The notes under the pieces: model-generated
The model's database searches: none
What the model was told of the DNA's origin: nothing
What the model saw: the letters and a program-made list of their open reading frames with translations, nothing else
Virus record (IMG/VR): IMGVR_UViG_2548876858_000013
Length of the DNA stretch: 32,484 bases
DNA from: a virus
Lineage: Duplodnaviria; Heunggongvirae; Uroviricota; Caudoviricetes
Direction: 5' to 3' (one strand)
Made by a program: the position numbers and the translations under genes
Part shown: in pieces, positions 8,441 through 17,781 of the stretch
How positions within the stretch are numbered: the first letter of the stretch is position 1
Layout of the letters: each line of letters begins with the position of its first letter

Positions 8441-9130
8441 ATGAACTTTGAATTTGTAAAAGAACACTGGCTGATAATAGGCATGCTATTCATAGCATGT
8501 CTATTATTAATTTTAAAATTCAAAGATATTTACAGAACACACGATCAGTTTAATAACGTCGTGATGTCATTGTGCGCTGTTTTGACACTTGTGTGGGGAG
8601 GATATACTTTTGATGTTTTGCACCAAAGGGATAAGGCAGAAGCTGATCTTATAGAGTTAAGAAATAGAATTAGAAATACAGAATCGACATTTTTTAATGT
8701 TGACGTTAATGTTGTTAAAATCGATGATGTGTTTTATATAAAGCCTATTGTGACTATTAGGAATAACAGTAATGAGCGAATTTATGTGAAGCTTAATAAC
8801 AAGTCCCTTGCTGTTAGTCGTGTTTTATCGGCCGGTGCAAAGCAAGTCGCTACGGAAGTTTTTTATCCAAATTATTATGAGGAGTTGGCTGTTCTTAATG
8901 AAGAAAGTAGCTCGCAAGGAAAAGCTAAAAATATACCTTTATATGACATATCCGTTCCTATCTCTGCTGAAAGACGCTTGAACTATCTTGTTTCGACAAA
9001 AGAAAAAGGAATGTATTATGTAACATTTAGTGCTGAGGCAATGAACGAAGATGGCTCGCCTGTTTCTAAATACATAAATGGGAAAAAATCTATATGGTTT
9101 TCTTCTTCATATATTGAAGTTAAAGATTGA
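8441..9130 (+). CDS. Hypothetical cargo membrane protein, 229 aa, two N-terminal TM helices plus a beta-rich-looking soluble domain
   Basis: ATG 2 nt after the upstream stop (TAACTATG). Hydrophobic segments WLIIGMLFIACLLLIL and VVMSLCAVLTLVWGGYTF; the remainder is rich in alternating hydrophobic/polar stretches. AT-rich. Confidence 0.7.
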   Translation: MNFEFVKEHWLIIGMLFIACLLLILKFKDIYRTHDQFNNVVMSLCAVLTLVWGGYTFDVLHQRDKAEADLIELRNRIRNTESTFFNVDVNVVKIDDVFYIKPIVTIRNNSNERIYVKLNNKSLAVSRVLSAGAKQVATEVFYPNYYEELAVLNEESSSQGKAKNIPLYDISVPISAERRLNYLVSTKEKGMYYVTFSAEAMNEDGSPVSKYINGKKSIWFSSSYIEVKD

Positions 9131-9225
9131 ATTTCTATTAAACCATATAGTAATTGAAGGTGTTGGGGGTTAATCTTGCCTGGATTGCATAGAATCACGC
9201 CGCCTGGAGACGGCGCTAAGGGTAC

Positions 9226-10254
9226 TTAATTAGATTCTAGACTGTAATCTTTAAAGCGGATGACCTCCTGACCGAGCCAGCCGTTTATCTCGCGGATCCT
9301 GTCCTGTAACGGGATAAGCTCATTGCGGACAAAGACCTTTGCCACTTTCTCAATATCACCCAGCGACCCGACGTTCTCCGGCTTGCCGCCCATCAACTGA
9401 AAGGGGATGCGGTGCGCGTCCAGCAGGTCAGCGGCGCTGGCTTTTTTGATATTAAAAAAATCGTCCTTCGTTGCCACTTCACTGAGCGGGATAATTTTAA
9501 TGCCGTCGGCTTTCCCCTGTGGGGCATAGAGAAACAGATTTTTAAAGTTATTGCGGCCTTTCGACTTAACCATGTTTTCGCGAAGCATTTCGATATCGTT
9601 GCGATCCTGCACGGCATCGGTGACGTACATGATGTATCCGGCATGTGCGCCATTTTCGTAATACTTGCGGCGGAACAGCGTGGCCGACTCATTCAGCCAG
9701 GCAGAGTTAAGGGCGCTGAGATATTCCGGCAGGCCGTACAGCTCCTGATTAATATCCGGCTCCAGCAGGTGAAACACGGAGCCGGGCGCGAAGGCTGTCG
9801 GCTCGTTGAAGGACGGCACCCACCAGTAAACATCCTCTTCCACGCCACGGCGGGTATATTTTGCCGGTGAGGTTTCCAGTCTGATGACCTTACCGGTGGT
9901 GCTGTAACGCTTTTCCAGAAATGCATTACCGAACACCAGAAAATCCAGCACAAAGCGGCTGAAATCCTGCTGGGACAGCCACGGATGCGGGATAAATGTC
10001 GAGGCCAGAATATTGCGTTTGACGTAAATCGGGGAGCTGTGATGCACGGCAGCACGCAGGCTTTTTGCCAGACCGGTAAAGCTGATTGGTGGCTCATACC
10101 ATCTGCCGTTACTGATGCACTCGACATAATCCAGAATGTCACGGCGGTCGAGTACCGGCACAGGCTCGCCAAAGGTGAATGCCTCCATTTTCGGGGCGCT
10201 GGCGGTCATTTTTTTTGCCGCAGGTTGCGGTGTTTTCCCTTTTTTCTTGCTCAT
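9226..10254 (-). CDS. Q: Portal protein (P2 gpQ-like)
   Basis: 342-aa ORF, leftward, next to the terminase gene; matches P2 Q position and approximate length. Confidence 0.9.
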   Translation of the reverse strand: MSKKKGKTPQPAAKKMTASAPKMEAFTFGEPVPVLDRRDILDYVECISNGRWYEPPISFTGLAKSLRAAVHHSSPIYVKRNILASTFIPHPWLSQQDFSRFVLDFLVFGNAFLEKRYSTTGKVIRLETSPAKYTRRGVEEDVYWWVPSFNEPTAFAPGSVFHLLEPDINQELYGLPEYLSALNSAWLNESATLFRRKYYENGAHAGYIMYVTDAVQDRNDIEMLRENMVKSKGRNNFKNLFLYAPQGKADGIKIIPLSEVATKDDFFNIKKASAADLLDAHRIPFQLMGGKPENVGSLGDIEKVAKVFVRNELIPLQDRIREINGWLGQEVIRFKDYSLESN

Positions 10255-12026
10255 CAGTAAAACTCCAGAATGGTGGATGTCAGCGGGGTGCTGATACCGG
10301 CGGTGAGTGGCTCATTTAACAGGGCGTGCATGGTCGCCCAGGCGAGGTCGGCGTGGCTGGCTTCCTCGCTGCGGCTGGCCTCATAGGTGGCGCTGCGTCC
10401 GCTGCTGGTCATGGTCTTGCGGATAGCCATAAACGAGCTGGTGATGTCGGTGGCGCTGACGTCATATTCCAGACAGCCACGGCGGATGACGTCTTTTGCC
10501 TTGAGCACCATTGCGGTTTTCATTTCCGGCGTGTAGCGGATGTCGCGCGCGGCGGGATAGAACGAGCGCACGAGCTGGAACACGCCGACACCGAGGCCGG
10601 TGGCATCAATACCGATGTATTCGACGTTATATTTTTCGGTGAGTTTGCGGATAGATTCCGCCTGGGTGGCAAAGTCCATGCCTTTCCACTGGTGACGCTC
10701 AAGTATTCTGAATTTGCCACCGGCCACCACCGGCGGTGCCAGTACCACGCATCCGGCGCTGTCGCCACGGTGTGACGGGTCGTAACCAATCCATACCGGA
10801 CGGGAGCCGAACGGATTGGCGGCAAACGGCGCATAGTCTTCCCATTCTTCCAGCGTGTCGACCATGCAGCGTTGCAGCTCCTCGAACGGGAACACCGACG
10901 CCTTGTCGTCAACAAATTCACACATGAACAGGTTTTTAAAATCGTCGGCGCTGTTTTCACGTTTGAGCTGCTCAATGTCGAACAGTGTGCAGCCACCTTT
11001 CAGGGCGTCCTCAATGGTGACAATCTGCCGCCACTGGCCGTCCGCACAGAGAAGACCTCCGGCAAGTGCGTTATGACTGACGTCGATTTCCACGCGTTCA
11101 GCGGCGCTGGCGCGTCCCCGGTTAAACAGTTCACCGGACCAGAACGGATAGGCGTCGTGCGCCAGCGTGGACGGGGTGGAGAAATAGGTCGAGCGCAGGT
11201 GACTCTGTGAGGCCATACCTGATGCCACCTTACGCAGTACCTGAAAATTCGGGATCCAGAAAATCTCGTCGACGTACAGGTCGCCGTTATGGCTCTGCGC
11301 GGTGTTGGAGTTGGTGCCGAGAAAAATCAGTTTTGCGCCGTTATTGCCCAGGACAATCGGGTCACCGGTCAGGTCAACGTCAACCAGCCGGGCAAAGGCG
11401 ATGATGTATTCGCGGAACACATACGCCTGTGTTTTACTGGCCGACAGAAAAATCTGGTTATGACCGGTTTTCAGGGCGCGCAGCAGCGCCTCGCGGGAAA
11501 AATAAAACGTCGCGCCAATCTGGCGGGATTTCAGGATATCGCGGATGCGGTGCTCAAGCCCGGCGCGATACCAGTGCAACTGATATTCGAAAGACTGCTC
11601 AAAGAAAATCTGCTCCAGCTTTTCGATGGCTTCGTCACTGAAAAAATTCTTTTTCGGTTTGCGACGCCCGCCTTTGTTGCGGTTAGCGACGTTCGGATTA
11701 AGGTCTGCCTCGTTGCCGGTCTGGCTGTAGCGGTTGACCCGTGCCAGTCGTTCAATCTGGCGTCCCAGCAGGTCAATTTCCTTGAAGTCACCGCCGGTTT
11801 TCTGCGGTTTGATGATGAGCCGGGTCAGCCGCGCTTCCAGACTCATTTCGACACGGCTGATGGGGGCAACGCTGTCCCAGCCGTCGCGCTGTTTCCAGCT
11901 CTGCACCGTCGGGCGTTTCATCTGCAACATGGCGGCAATCTGCGGCACGGAAAACCCCTGCCAGTACAGCAGCGCCGCCTGACGACGCGGGTCGTGTAAA
12001 AGGGTGGTGTCTGTGGTGATGGTCAT
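10254..12026 (-). CDS. P: Terminase large (ATPase) subunit (P2 gpP-like)
   Basis: Start taken as the ATG at 12024-12026 with GAGG five nt upstream, giving 590 aa (recalled P2 gpP length); the ORF track start at 12056 is a TTG. Stop overlaps the Q start by 1 nt. Confidence 0.9.
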   Translation of the reverse strand: MTITTDTTLLHDPRRQAALLYWQGFSVPQIAAMLQMKRPTVQSWKQRDGWDSVAPISRVEMSLEARLTRLIIKPQKTGGDFKEIDLLGRQIERLARVNRYSQTGNEADLNPNVANRNKGGRRKPKKNFFSDEAIEKLEQIFFEQSFEYQLHWYRAGLEHRIRDILKSRQIGATFYFSREALLRALKTGHNQIFLSASKTQAYVFREYIIAFARLVDVDLTGDPIVLGNNGAKLIFLGTNSNTAQSHNGDLYVDEIFWIPNFQVLRKVASGMASQSHLRSTYFSTPSTLAHDAYPFWSGELFNRGRASAAERVEIDVSHNALAGGLLCADGQWRQIVTIEDALKGGCTLFDIEQLKRENSADDFKNLFMCEFVDDKASVFPFEELQRCMVDTLEEWEDYAPFAANPFGSRPVWIGYDPSHRGDSAGCVVLAPPVVAGGKFRILERHQWKGMDFATQAESIRKLTEKYNVEYIGIDATGLGVGVFQLVRSFYPAARDIRYTPEMKTAMVLKAKDVIRRGCLEYDVSATDITSSFMAIRKTMTSSGRSATYEASRSEEASHADLAWATMHALLNEPLTAGISTPLTSTILEFY

Positions 12027-12199
12027 GAATACCTCGCCGTGATGAATACACGGCAAGGCTACTGAGTCGCGCCCTGCGATTCGCTAAGGTGCTGTTGTGT
12101 CAGTGATAAGCCATCCGGGACTGATGGCGGAGGATGCGCATCGTCGGGAAACTGATGCCGACATGTGAATCCTCTAATCACTATTCAGGACTCCTGACA
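12027..12199. promoter_or_regulatory. Divergent late promoter region for the P-Q and O-N-M-L operons, inferred by position
   Basis: Intergenic region between divergently transcribed P and O, as in P2. I searched for an exact TGT-N12-ACA activator site and did not find one. Confidence 0.35.
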
Positions 12200-13054
12200 A
12201 TGGCAAAAAAAGTCTCAAAATTCTTTCGTATCGGCGTTGAGGGTGACACCTGTGACGGGCGTGTCATCAGTGCGCAGGATATTCAGGAAATGGCGGAAAC
12301 CTTTGACCCGCGAGTCTATGGTTGCCGCATTAACCTGGAACATCTGCGCGGCATCCTGCCTGACGGTATTTTTAAACGTTATGGCGATGTGGCCGAACTG
12401 AAGGCCGAAAAGATTGACGATGATTCGGCGCTGAAAGGCAAATGGGCGCTGTTTGCGAAAATCACCCCGACCGATGACCTTATCGCGATGAACAAGGCCG
12501 CGCAGAAGGTCTACACCTCAATGGAAATTCAGCCGAACTTTGCCAACTCCGGCAAATGTTATCTGGTGGGGCTGGCCGTCACCGATGACCCGGCAAGCCT
12601 CGGCACGGAATACCTGGAATTCTGCCGCACGGCAAAACACAACCCCCTGAACCGCTTCAAATTAAGCCCTGAAAACCTGATTTCAGTGGCAACGCCCGTT
12701 GAGCTGGAATTTGAAGACCTGCCTGAAACCGTGTTCACAGCCCTGACCGAAAAGGTGAAATCCATTTTTGGCCGCAAACAGGCCAGCGATGACGCCCGTC
12801 TGAATGACGTGCATGAAGCGGTGACCGCTGTTGCTGAACATGTGCAGGAAAAACTGAGCGCCACTGAGCAGCGCCTCGCTGAGATGGAAACCGCCTTTTC
12901 CGCACTTAAGCAGGAGGTGACTGACAGGGCAGATGAAACCAGCCAGGCATTCAGCCGCCTGAAAAACAGTCTCGACCACACCGAAAGTCTGACCCAACAG
13001 CGCCGCAGCAAGGCCACCGGTGGTGGCGGTGACGCCCTGATGACGAACTGCTGA
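12200..13054 (+). CDS. O: Capsid scaffolding protein (P2 gpO-like)
   Basis: ATG at 12200 (MAKKVSKFFRIG...) gives 284 aa, the length I recall for P2 gpO; the ORF track start at 12134 is upstream and in frame. Confidence 0.9.
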   Translation: MAKKVSKFFRIGVEGDTCDGRVISAQDIQEMAETFDPRVYGCRINLEHLRGILPDGIFKRYGDVAELKAEKIDDDSALKGKWALFAKITPTDDLIAMNKAAQKVYTSMEIQPNFANSGKCYLVGLAVTDDPASLGTEYLEFCRTAKHNPLNRFKLSPENLISVATPVELEFEDLPETVFTALTEKVKSIFGRKQASDDARLNDVHEAVTAVAEHVQEKLSATEQRLAEMETAFSALKQEVTDRADETSQAFSRLKNSLDHTESLTQQRRSKATGGGGDALMTNC

Positions 13055-13112
13055 CCGGCGTCAGTCAGTCCGGGAAAACCTTCACGATTAACCCTTAATT
13101 TCAGGAAAAACT

Positions 13113-14186
13113 ATGCGCCAGGAAACCCGCTTTAAATTTAATGCCTACCTGTCCCGTGTTGCCGAACTGAACGGCATCGACGCCGGTGATGTGTCGAAAA
13201 AATTCACCGTTGAACCGTCGGTCACCCAGACCCTGATGAACACCATGCAGGAGTCCTCTGACTTTCTGACCCGCATCAACATTGTGCCGGTCAGCGAAAT
13301 GAAAGGGGAAAAAATTGGTATTGGTGTCACCGGCTCCATCGCCAGCACCACCGACACCGCCGGTGGCACCGAGCATCAGCCGAAGGACTTCTCGAAGCTG
13401 GCGTCAAACAAGTACGAATGCGACCAGATTAACTTCGATTTTTATATCCGCTACAAAACGCTGGACCTGTGGGCGCGTTATCAGGATTTCCAGCTCCGTA
13501 TCCGTAACGCCATTATCAAACGCCAGTCCCTTGATTTCATCATGGCCGGTTTTAACGGCGTGAAGCGTGCCGAAACCTCTGACCGCAGCAGCAATCCGAT
13601 GCTGCAGGATGTGGCGGTCGGCTGGCTGCAGAAATACCGCAATGAAGCCCCGGCGCGCGTGATGAGCAAGGTCACTGACGAGGAAGGGCACACCACCTCT
13701 GAGGTCATCCGCGTGGGTAAGGGCGGTGATTATGCCAGCCTTGATGCACTGGTGATGGATGCGACCAACAACCTGATTGAGCCGTGGTATCAGGAAGACC
13801 CTGACCTTGTGGTGATTGTGGGGCGTCAGTTACTGGCGGACAAGTATTTCCCCATCGTTAACAAGGAGCAGGACAACAGCGAAATGCTGGCCGCTGACGT
13901 CATCATCAGCCAGAAACGCATCGGTAACCTGCCGGCGGTACGTGTCCCGTACTTCCCGGCGGACGCGATGCTCATCACGAAGCTGGAAAACCTGTCCATC
14001 TACTACATGGATGACAGCCATCGCCGCGTGATTGTGGAAAACCCGAAACTCGACCGCGTGGAGAACTACGAGTCAATGAACATTGATTACGTGGTGGAAG
14101 ACTACGCCGCCGGTTGTCTGGTGGAAAAAATTAAGGTCGGTGATTTCTCCACACCGGCCAGGGCGACCGCAGAGCCGGGAGCGTAA
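13113..14186 (+). CDS. N: Major capsid protein (P2 gpN-like)
   Basis: 357 aa, the recalled P2 gpN length; follows the scaffold gene. Confidence 0.9.
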   Translation: MRQETRFKFNAYLSRVAELNGIDAGDVSKKFTVEPSVTQTLMNTMQESSDFLTRINIVPVSEMKGEKIGIGVTGSIASTTDTAGGTEHQPKDFSKLASNKYECDQINFDFYIRYKTLDLWARYQDFQLRIRNAIIKRQSLDFIMAGFNGVKRAETSDRSSNPMLQDVAVGWLQKYRNEAPARVMSKVTDEEGHTTSEVIRVGKGGDYASLDALVMDATNNLIEPWYQEDPDLVVIVGRQLLADKYFPIVNKEQDNSEMLAADVIISQKRIGNLPAVRVPYFPADAMLITKLENLSIYYMDDSHRRVIVENPKLDRVENYESMNIDYVVEDYAAGCLVEKIKVGDFSTPARATAEPGA

Positions 14187-14189
14187 CCG

Positions 14190-14933
14190 ATGATGAGTCC
14201 CGCACAGCGCCACATGATGCGGGTCTCGGCAGCGATGACCGCGCAGCGGGAAGCCGCCCCGCTGCGACATGCAACTGTCTATGAGCAGATGCTGGTTAAG
14301 CTCGCCGCAGACCAGCGCACACTGAAAGCGATTTATTCAAAAGAGCTTAAGGCCGCGAAAAAACGCGAACTGCTGCCGTTCTGGTTGCCGTGGGTGAACG
14401 GCGTGCTGGAGCAGGGCAAAGGTGCACAGGATGACATTCTGATGACGGTCATGCTGTGGCGTCTGGATACCGGCGATATTGCCGGTGCGCTGGAGATTGC
14501 CCGTTATGCCCTGAAGTACGGTCTGACCATGCCGGGTAAACACCGCCGTACCCCGCCGTACATGTTCACCGAGGAGGTGGCGCTTGCGGCCATGCGCGCT
14601 CACGCTGCCGGTGAGTCTGTGGATACCCGCCTGCTGACGGACACCCTTGAACTGACCGCCACGGCTGACATGCCTGATGAAGTGCGCGCAAAGCTGCACA
14701 AAATCACCGGTCTGTTTCTGCGTGACGCTGGTGATGCCGTAGGGGCGCTGGCGCACCTGCAACGCGCGACACAGCTCGACTGTCAGGCAGGCGTCAAAAA
14801 AGAGATTGAACGACTGGAGCGGGAGCTGAAACCGAAGCCGGAGCCGCAGCCAAAAGCGGCCACCCGCGCCCCGCGTAAGACCCGGAGCGTGACACCGGCA
14901 AAACGTGGACGCCCGAAAAAGAAAGCCAGTTAA
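14190..14933 (+). CDS. M: Terminase small/endonuclease subunit (P2 gpM-like)
   Basis: 247 aa, the recalled P2 gpM length; basic C-terminal tail (KRGRPKKKAS). Confidence 0.85.
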   Translation: MMSPAQRHMMRVSAAMTAQREAAPLRHATVYEQMLVKLAADQRTLKAIYSKELKAAKKRELLPFWLPWVNGVLEQGKGAQDDILMTVMLWRLDTGDIAGALEIARYALKYGLTMPGKHRRTPPYMFTEEVALAAMRAHAAGESVDTRLLTDTLELTATADMPDEVRAKLHKITGLFLRDAGDAVGALAHLQRATQLDCQAGVKKEIERLERELKPKPEPQPKAATRAPRKTRSVTPAKRGRPKKKAS

Positions 14934-15032
14934 CAACCGAATGCGCCCCGCGCCAGGGCGGCACGCCGGTCAGTGAGGGTGAATCACCTGACACTGCACC
15001 GGCGTCCACCGCCCGACTTTTCAGAGGTAGTC

Positions 15033-15542
15033 ATGATGACGCTGATTATTCCGCGAAAGGAGGCTCCCGTGTCCGGTGAGGGTACGGTGGTCATCCCGCA
15101 ACCGGCAGGCGACGAGCCGGTGATTAAAAACACGTTCTTTTTTCCCGATATCGACCCGAAGCGCGTCCGGGAACGTATGCGCCTTGAGCAGACCGTCGCC
15201 CCCGCCCGTCTGCGTGAGGCCATCAAGTCAGGCATGGCGGAAACAAATGCGGAGCTGTACGAGTACCGCGAACAGAAAATTGCCGCCGGTTTTACGCGTC
15301 TGGCGGACGTCCCGGCGGACGATATCGACGGTGAAAGCATCAAAGTTTTTTACTACGAGCGCGCCGTGTGTGCGATGGCGACCGCGTCGCTTTATGAGCG
15401 TTACCGCGGCGTGGATGCCAGTGCGAAAGGCGACAAGAAGGCTGACAGCATTGACAGCACCATTGATGAACTGTGGCGGGATATGCGCTGGGCAGTGGCG
15501 CGCATCCAGGACAAGCCGCGCTGCATCGTGAGTCAAATCTGA
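15033..15542 (+). CDS. L: Head completion/stabilisation protein (P2 gpL-like)
   Basis: ATG at 15033 with GAGG five nt upstream gives 169 aa (recalled P2 gpL length); the ORF track start at 14973 is upstream and in frame. Confidence 0.85.
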   Translation: MMTLIIPRKEAPVSGEGTVVIPQPAGDEPVIKNTFFFPDIDPKRVRERMRLEQTVAPARLREAIKSGMAETNAELYEYREQKIAAGFTRLADVPADDIDGESIKVFYYERAVCAMATASLYERYRGVDASAKGDKKADSIDSTIDELWRDMRWAVARIQDKPRCIVSQI

Positions 15543-15745
15543 TGAAGACCTTTGCGCTACAGGGCGACACGCTCGACGCCATTTGTGTCCGGTATTACGG
15601 GCGCACTGAGGGCGTGGTTGAGACCGTGCTCGCCGCAAATCCGGGACTGGCTGAACTGGGTGCTGTGCTGCCGCACGGCACCGCCGTCGAACTGCCCGAC
15701 GTTCAGACCGCGCCCGTGGCTGAAACTGTCAATCTGTGGGAGTAA
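15542..15745 (+). CDS. X: Tail protein X (P2 gpX-like)
   Basis: 67 aa (MKTFALQGDTLDAICVRYYG...) starting at the ATG overlapping the gpL stop (TGATG); matches recalled P2 gpX length. Confidence 0.8.
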   Translation: MKTFALQGDTLDAICVRYYGRTEGVVETVLAANPGLAELGAVLPHGTAVELPDVQTAPVAETVNLWE

Positions 15746-15748
15746 CGC

Positions 15749-16030
15749 ATGACAGCAGAAGAAAAAAGCGTCCTGTCGCTTTTCATGATTGGGGTGCTGA
15801 TTGTTGTCGGCAAGGTGCTTGCCGGTGGTGAACCCATCACCCCGCGTCTGTTTATCGGGCGCATGTTGCTCGGTGGTTTTGTCTCGATGGTTGCCGGTGT
15901 TGTTCTGGTGCAGTTTCCTGACCTGTCACTGCCTGCGGTGTGCGGTATCGGCTCCATGCTGGGTATCGCCGGTTATCAGGTGATTGAGATTGCCATTCAG
16001 CGCCGCTTTAAGGGCAGGAGAAAACCGTAA
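15749..16030 (+). CDS. Y: Holin (P2 gpY-like)
   Basis: 93 aa with hydrophobic helices and a charged C-terminus (RRFKGRRKP); first gene of the lysis cassette. Confidence 0.85.
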   Translation: MTAEEKSVLSLFMIGVLIVVGKVLAGGEPITPRLFIGRMLLGGFVSMVAGVVLVQFPDLSLPAVCGIGSMLGIAGYQVIEIAIQRRFKGRRKP

Positions 16031-16527
16031 TGCCGGTAATTAACACGCATCAGAATATCGCTGCCTTTCTCGACATGCTGGCCGTGTCCGAAGGGACGGC
16101 GAATCACCCGCTGACGAAAAACCGGGGTTATGACGTGATAGTCACCGGAGTGGACGGAAAGCCGGAAATTTTCACCGACTACAGTGACCACCCGTTCGCA
16201 CATGGCCGACCGGCGAAGGTGTTTAACCGTCGCGGTGAAAAATCCACGGCCTCCGGTCGCTATCAGCAGCTTTACCTGTTCTGGCCGCATTACCGCAAAC
16301 AGCTTGCCCTGCCGGATTTCAGTCCGTTGTCACAGGACAGACTCGCCATTCAGTTGATCCGCGAACGCGGTGCGCTGGATGACATCCGGGCGGGACGCAT
16401 TGAGCGCGCCATTTCACGCTGTCGCAATATCTGGGCGTCCCTGCCGGGTGCCGGTTACGGTCAGCGTGAGCATTCACTGGAAAAACTGGTCACCGTCTGG
16501 CGTACCGCCGGCGGCGTACCGGCTTAA
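16030..16527 (+). CDS. K: Endolysin (P2 gpK-like)
   Basis: 165 aa, recalled P2 gpK length; immediately after the holin. Confidence 0.9.
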   Translation: MPVINTHQNIAAFLDMLAVSEGTANHPLTKNRGYDVIVTGVDGKPEIFTDYSDHPFAHGRPAKVFNRRGEKSTASGRYQQLYLFWPHYRKQLALPDFSPLSQDRLAIQLIRERGALDDIRAGRIERAISRCRNIWASLPGAGYGQREHSLEKLVTVWRTAGGVPA

Positions 16528-16541
16528 ACGGAGTAAACACC

Positions 16542-16793
16542 ATGAAGAAATTATCCCTTTCACTGATGCTGAACGTGTCGCTGGCGCTGATGCTGGCACT
16601 GTCCCTGATTTACCCGCAGAGCGTGGCCGTCAGTTTTGTCGCCGCCTGGGCGATTCTGGCGACGTTTATCTCGCTGGTCGCTGCCGGGTGGATTTTTACC
16701 GCGCTGATTTATCTCGTGGCATCGGTGTTCTTCCGGCTGATACGTACGGCCTGCTGTCAGCGTTTTGAGGGGCGGGAACCATGTCAAAGCTGA
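16542..16793 (+). CDS. lysA: LysA-like small membrane protein (lysis accessory)
   Basis: 83 aa, mostly hydrophobic, at the P2 lysA position; shorter than I recall for P2 LysA, so the call is tentative. Confidence 0.6.
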   Translation: MKKLSLSLMLNVSLALMLALSLIYPQSVAVSFVAAWAILATFISLVAAGWIFTALIYLVASVFFRLIRTACCQRFEGREPCQS

Positions 16794-17206
16794 TGATTGT
16801 GCTGGTTGTGTTGTTATCACTGGCGGTAGCCGGTCTGTTTCTGGTGAAACACAAAAATGCCAGCCTGCGCGCCTCGCTGGACAGGGCGAACAACGTCGCC
16901 AGTGAACAGCAGACGACCATCACCATGCTGAAAAATCAGCTTCATGTTGCCCTTACCAGGGCAGACAAAAACGAGCTGGCGCAGGTGGCACTGCGTCAGG
17001 AGCTGGAGAACGCCGCGAAGCGTGAAGCACAGCGCGAGAAAACCATCACGAGGTTACTTAATGAAAACGAAGATTTTCGCCGCTGGTACGGCGCTGACCT
17101 GCCTGATGCTGTGCGCCGGTTGCACCAGCGCCCGGCCTGCGCCGACGCCAGTGATTGTCCACAACGCCTGCCCGAAAGTGAGCCTTTGCCCGATGCCGGG
17201 CAGTGA
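16781..17206 (+). CDS. lysB: LysB, Rz-like inner-membrane spanin
   Basis: 141 aa with an N-terminal TM (LMIVLVVLLSLAVAGLFLV) and a charged, probably coiled-coil periplasmic region; contains the lysC start in the +1 frame. Confidence 0.8.
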   Translation: MSKLMIVLVVLLSLAVAGLFLVKHKNASLRASLDRANNVASEQQTTITMLKNQLHVALTRADKNELAQVALRQELENAAKREAQREKTITRLLNENEDFRRWYGADLPDAVRRLHQRPACADASDCPQRLPESEPLPDAGQ

Positions 17207-17351
17207 CCCGGAGACGAACGGCGATTTAAGTGCTGATATCCGGCAGCTTGAGAACGCGCTGGCACGCTGTGCCAGCCAGGTAAAAATGATTAAATACTGT
17301 CAGGACGAAAACGATGCTCAAACCCGACAGCCTGCGCAGGGCGCTGACTGA
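17061..17351 (+). CDS. lysC: LysC, Rz1-like outer-membrane lipoprotein spanin
   Basis: ATG at 17061 with AGGT upstream gives 96 aa (recalled P2 LysC length) with a lipoprotein signal and lipobox (LMLCAGCTS); overlaps lysB out of frame, the typical Rz/Rz1 arrangement. Confidence 0.75.
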   Translation: MKTKIFAAGTALTCLMLCAGCTSARPAPTPVIVHNACPKVSLCPMPGSDPETNGDLSADIRQLENALARCASQVKMIKYCQDENDAQTRQPAQGAD

Positions 17352-17781
17352 TGCCGTCACGGTGCTGAAAACTAACCCCGATATGCTGCGGATATTCGTG
17401 GATAACGGGAGTATTGCCTCCACACTGGCGGCGTCGTTGTCATTCGAAAAGCGTTACACGCTCAATGTCATTGTGACCGACTTTACCGGTGATTTTGACC
17501 TGCTCATCGTGCCGGTGCTGGCGTGGCTGCGGGAAAATCAGCCCGACATCATGACCACCGACGCAGGCCAGAAAAAGGGCTTCACGTTTTATGCAGACAT
17601 CAACAATGACAGCAGCTTTGATATCAGCATCAGCCTGATGCTGACCGAGCGCACGCTGGTCAGTGAGGTGGACGGCGCGCTGCATGTGAAGAATATCCCG
17701 GAACCTCCGCCGCCGGAGCCGGTCACCCGCCCGATGGAGCTGTATATCAATGGCGAACTGGTGAGCAAGTGGGATGAATGA
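17314..17781 (+). CDS. R: Tail completion protein (P2 gpR-like)
   Basis: 155 aa, recalled P2 gpR length, in synteny. Confidence 0.85.
   Translation: MLKPDSLRRALTDAVTVLKTNPDMLRIFVDNGSIASTLAASLSFEKRYTLNVIVTDFTGDFDLLIVPVLAWLRENQPDIMTTDAGQKKGFTFYADINNDSSFDISISLMLTERTLVSEVDGALHVKNIPEPPPPEPVTRPMELYINGELVSKWDE

Noticed and set aside
10326-11999. Several ORFs of 63-236 aa on the plus strand inside the terminase gene P, and similar antisense or overlapping ORFs inside O, N, M, L, T, D and other structural genes
   Set aside because: They lie within GC-rich genes that have strong synteny and length support; long antisense frames are expected in such DNA.
12027-12199. Exact TGT-N12-ACA activator-binding dyad for the P2 late promoters
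   Set aside because: Searched the P/O region by eye and found no exact match, so no specific binding site is annotated there or upstream of V.
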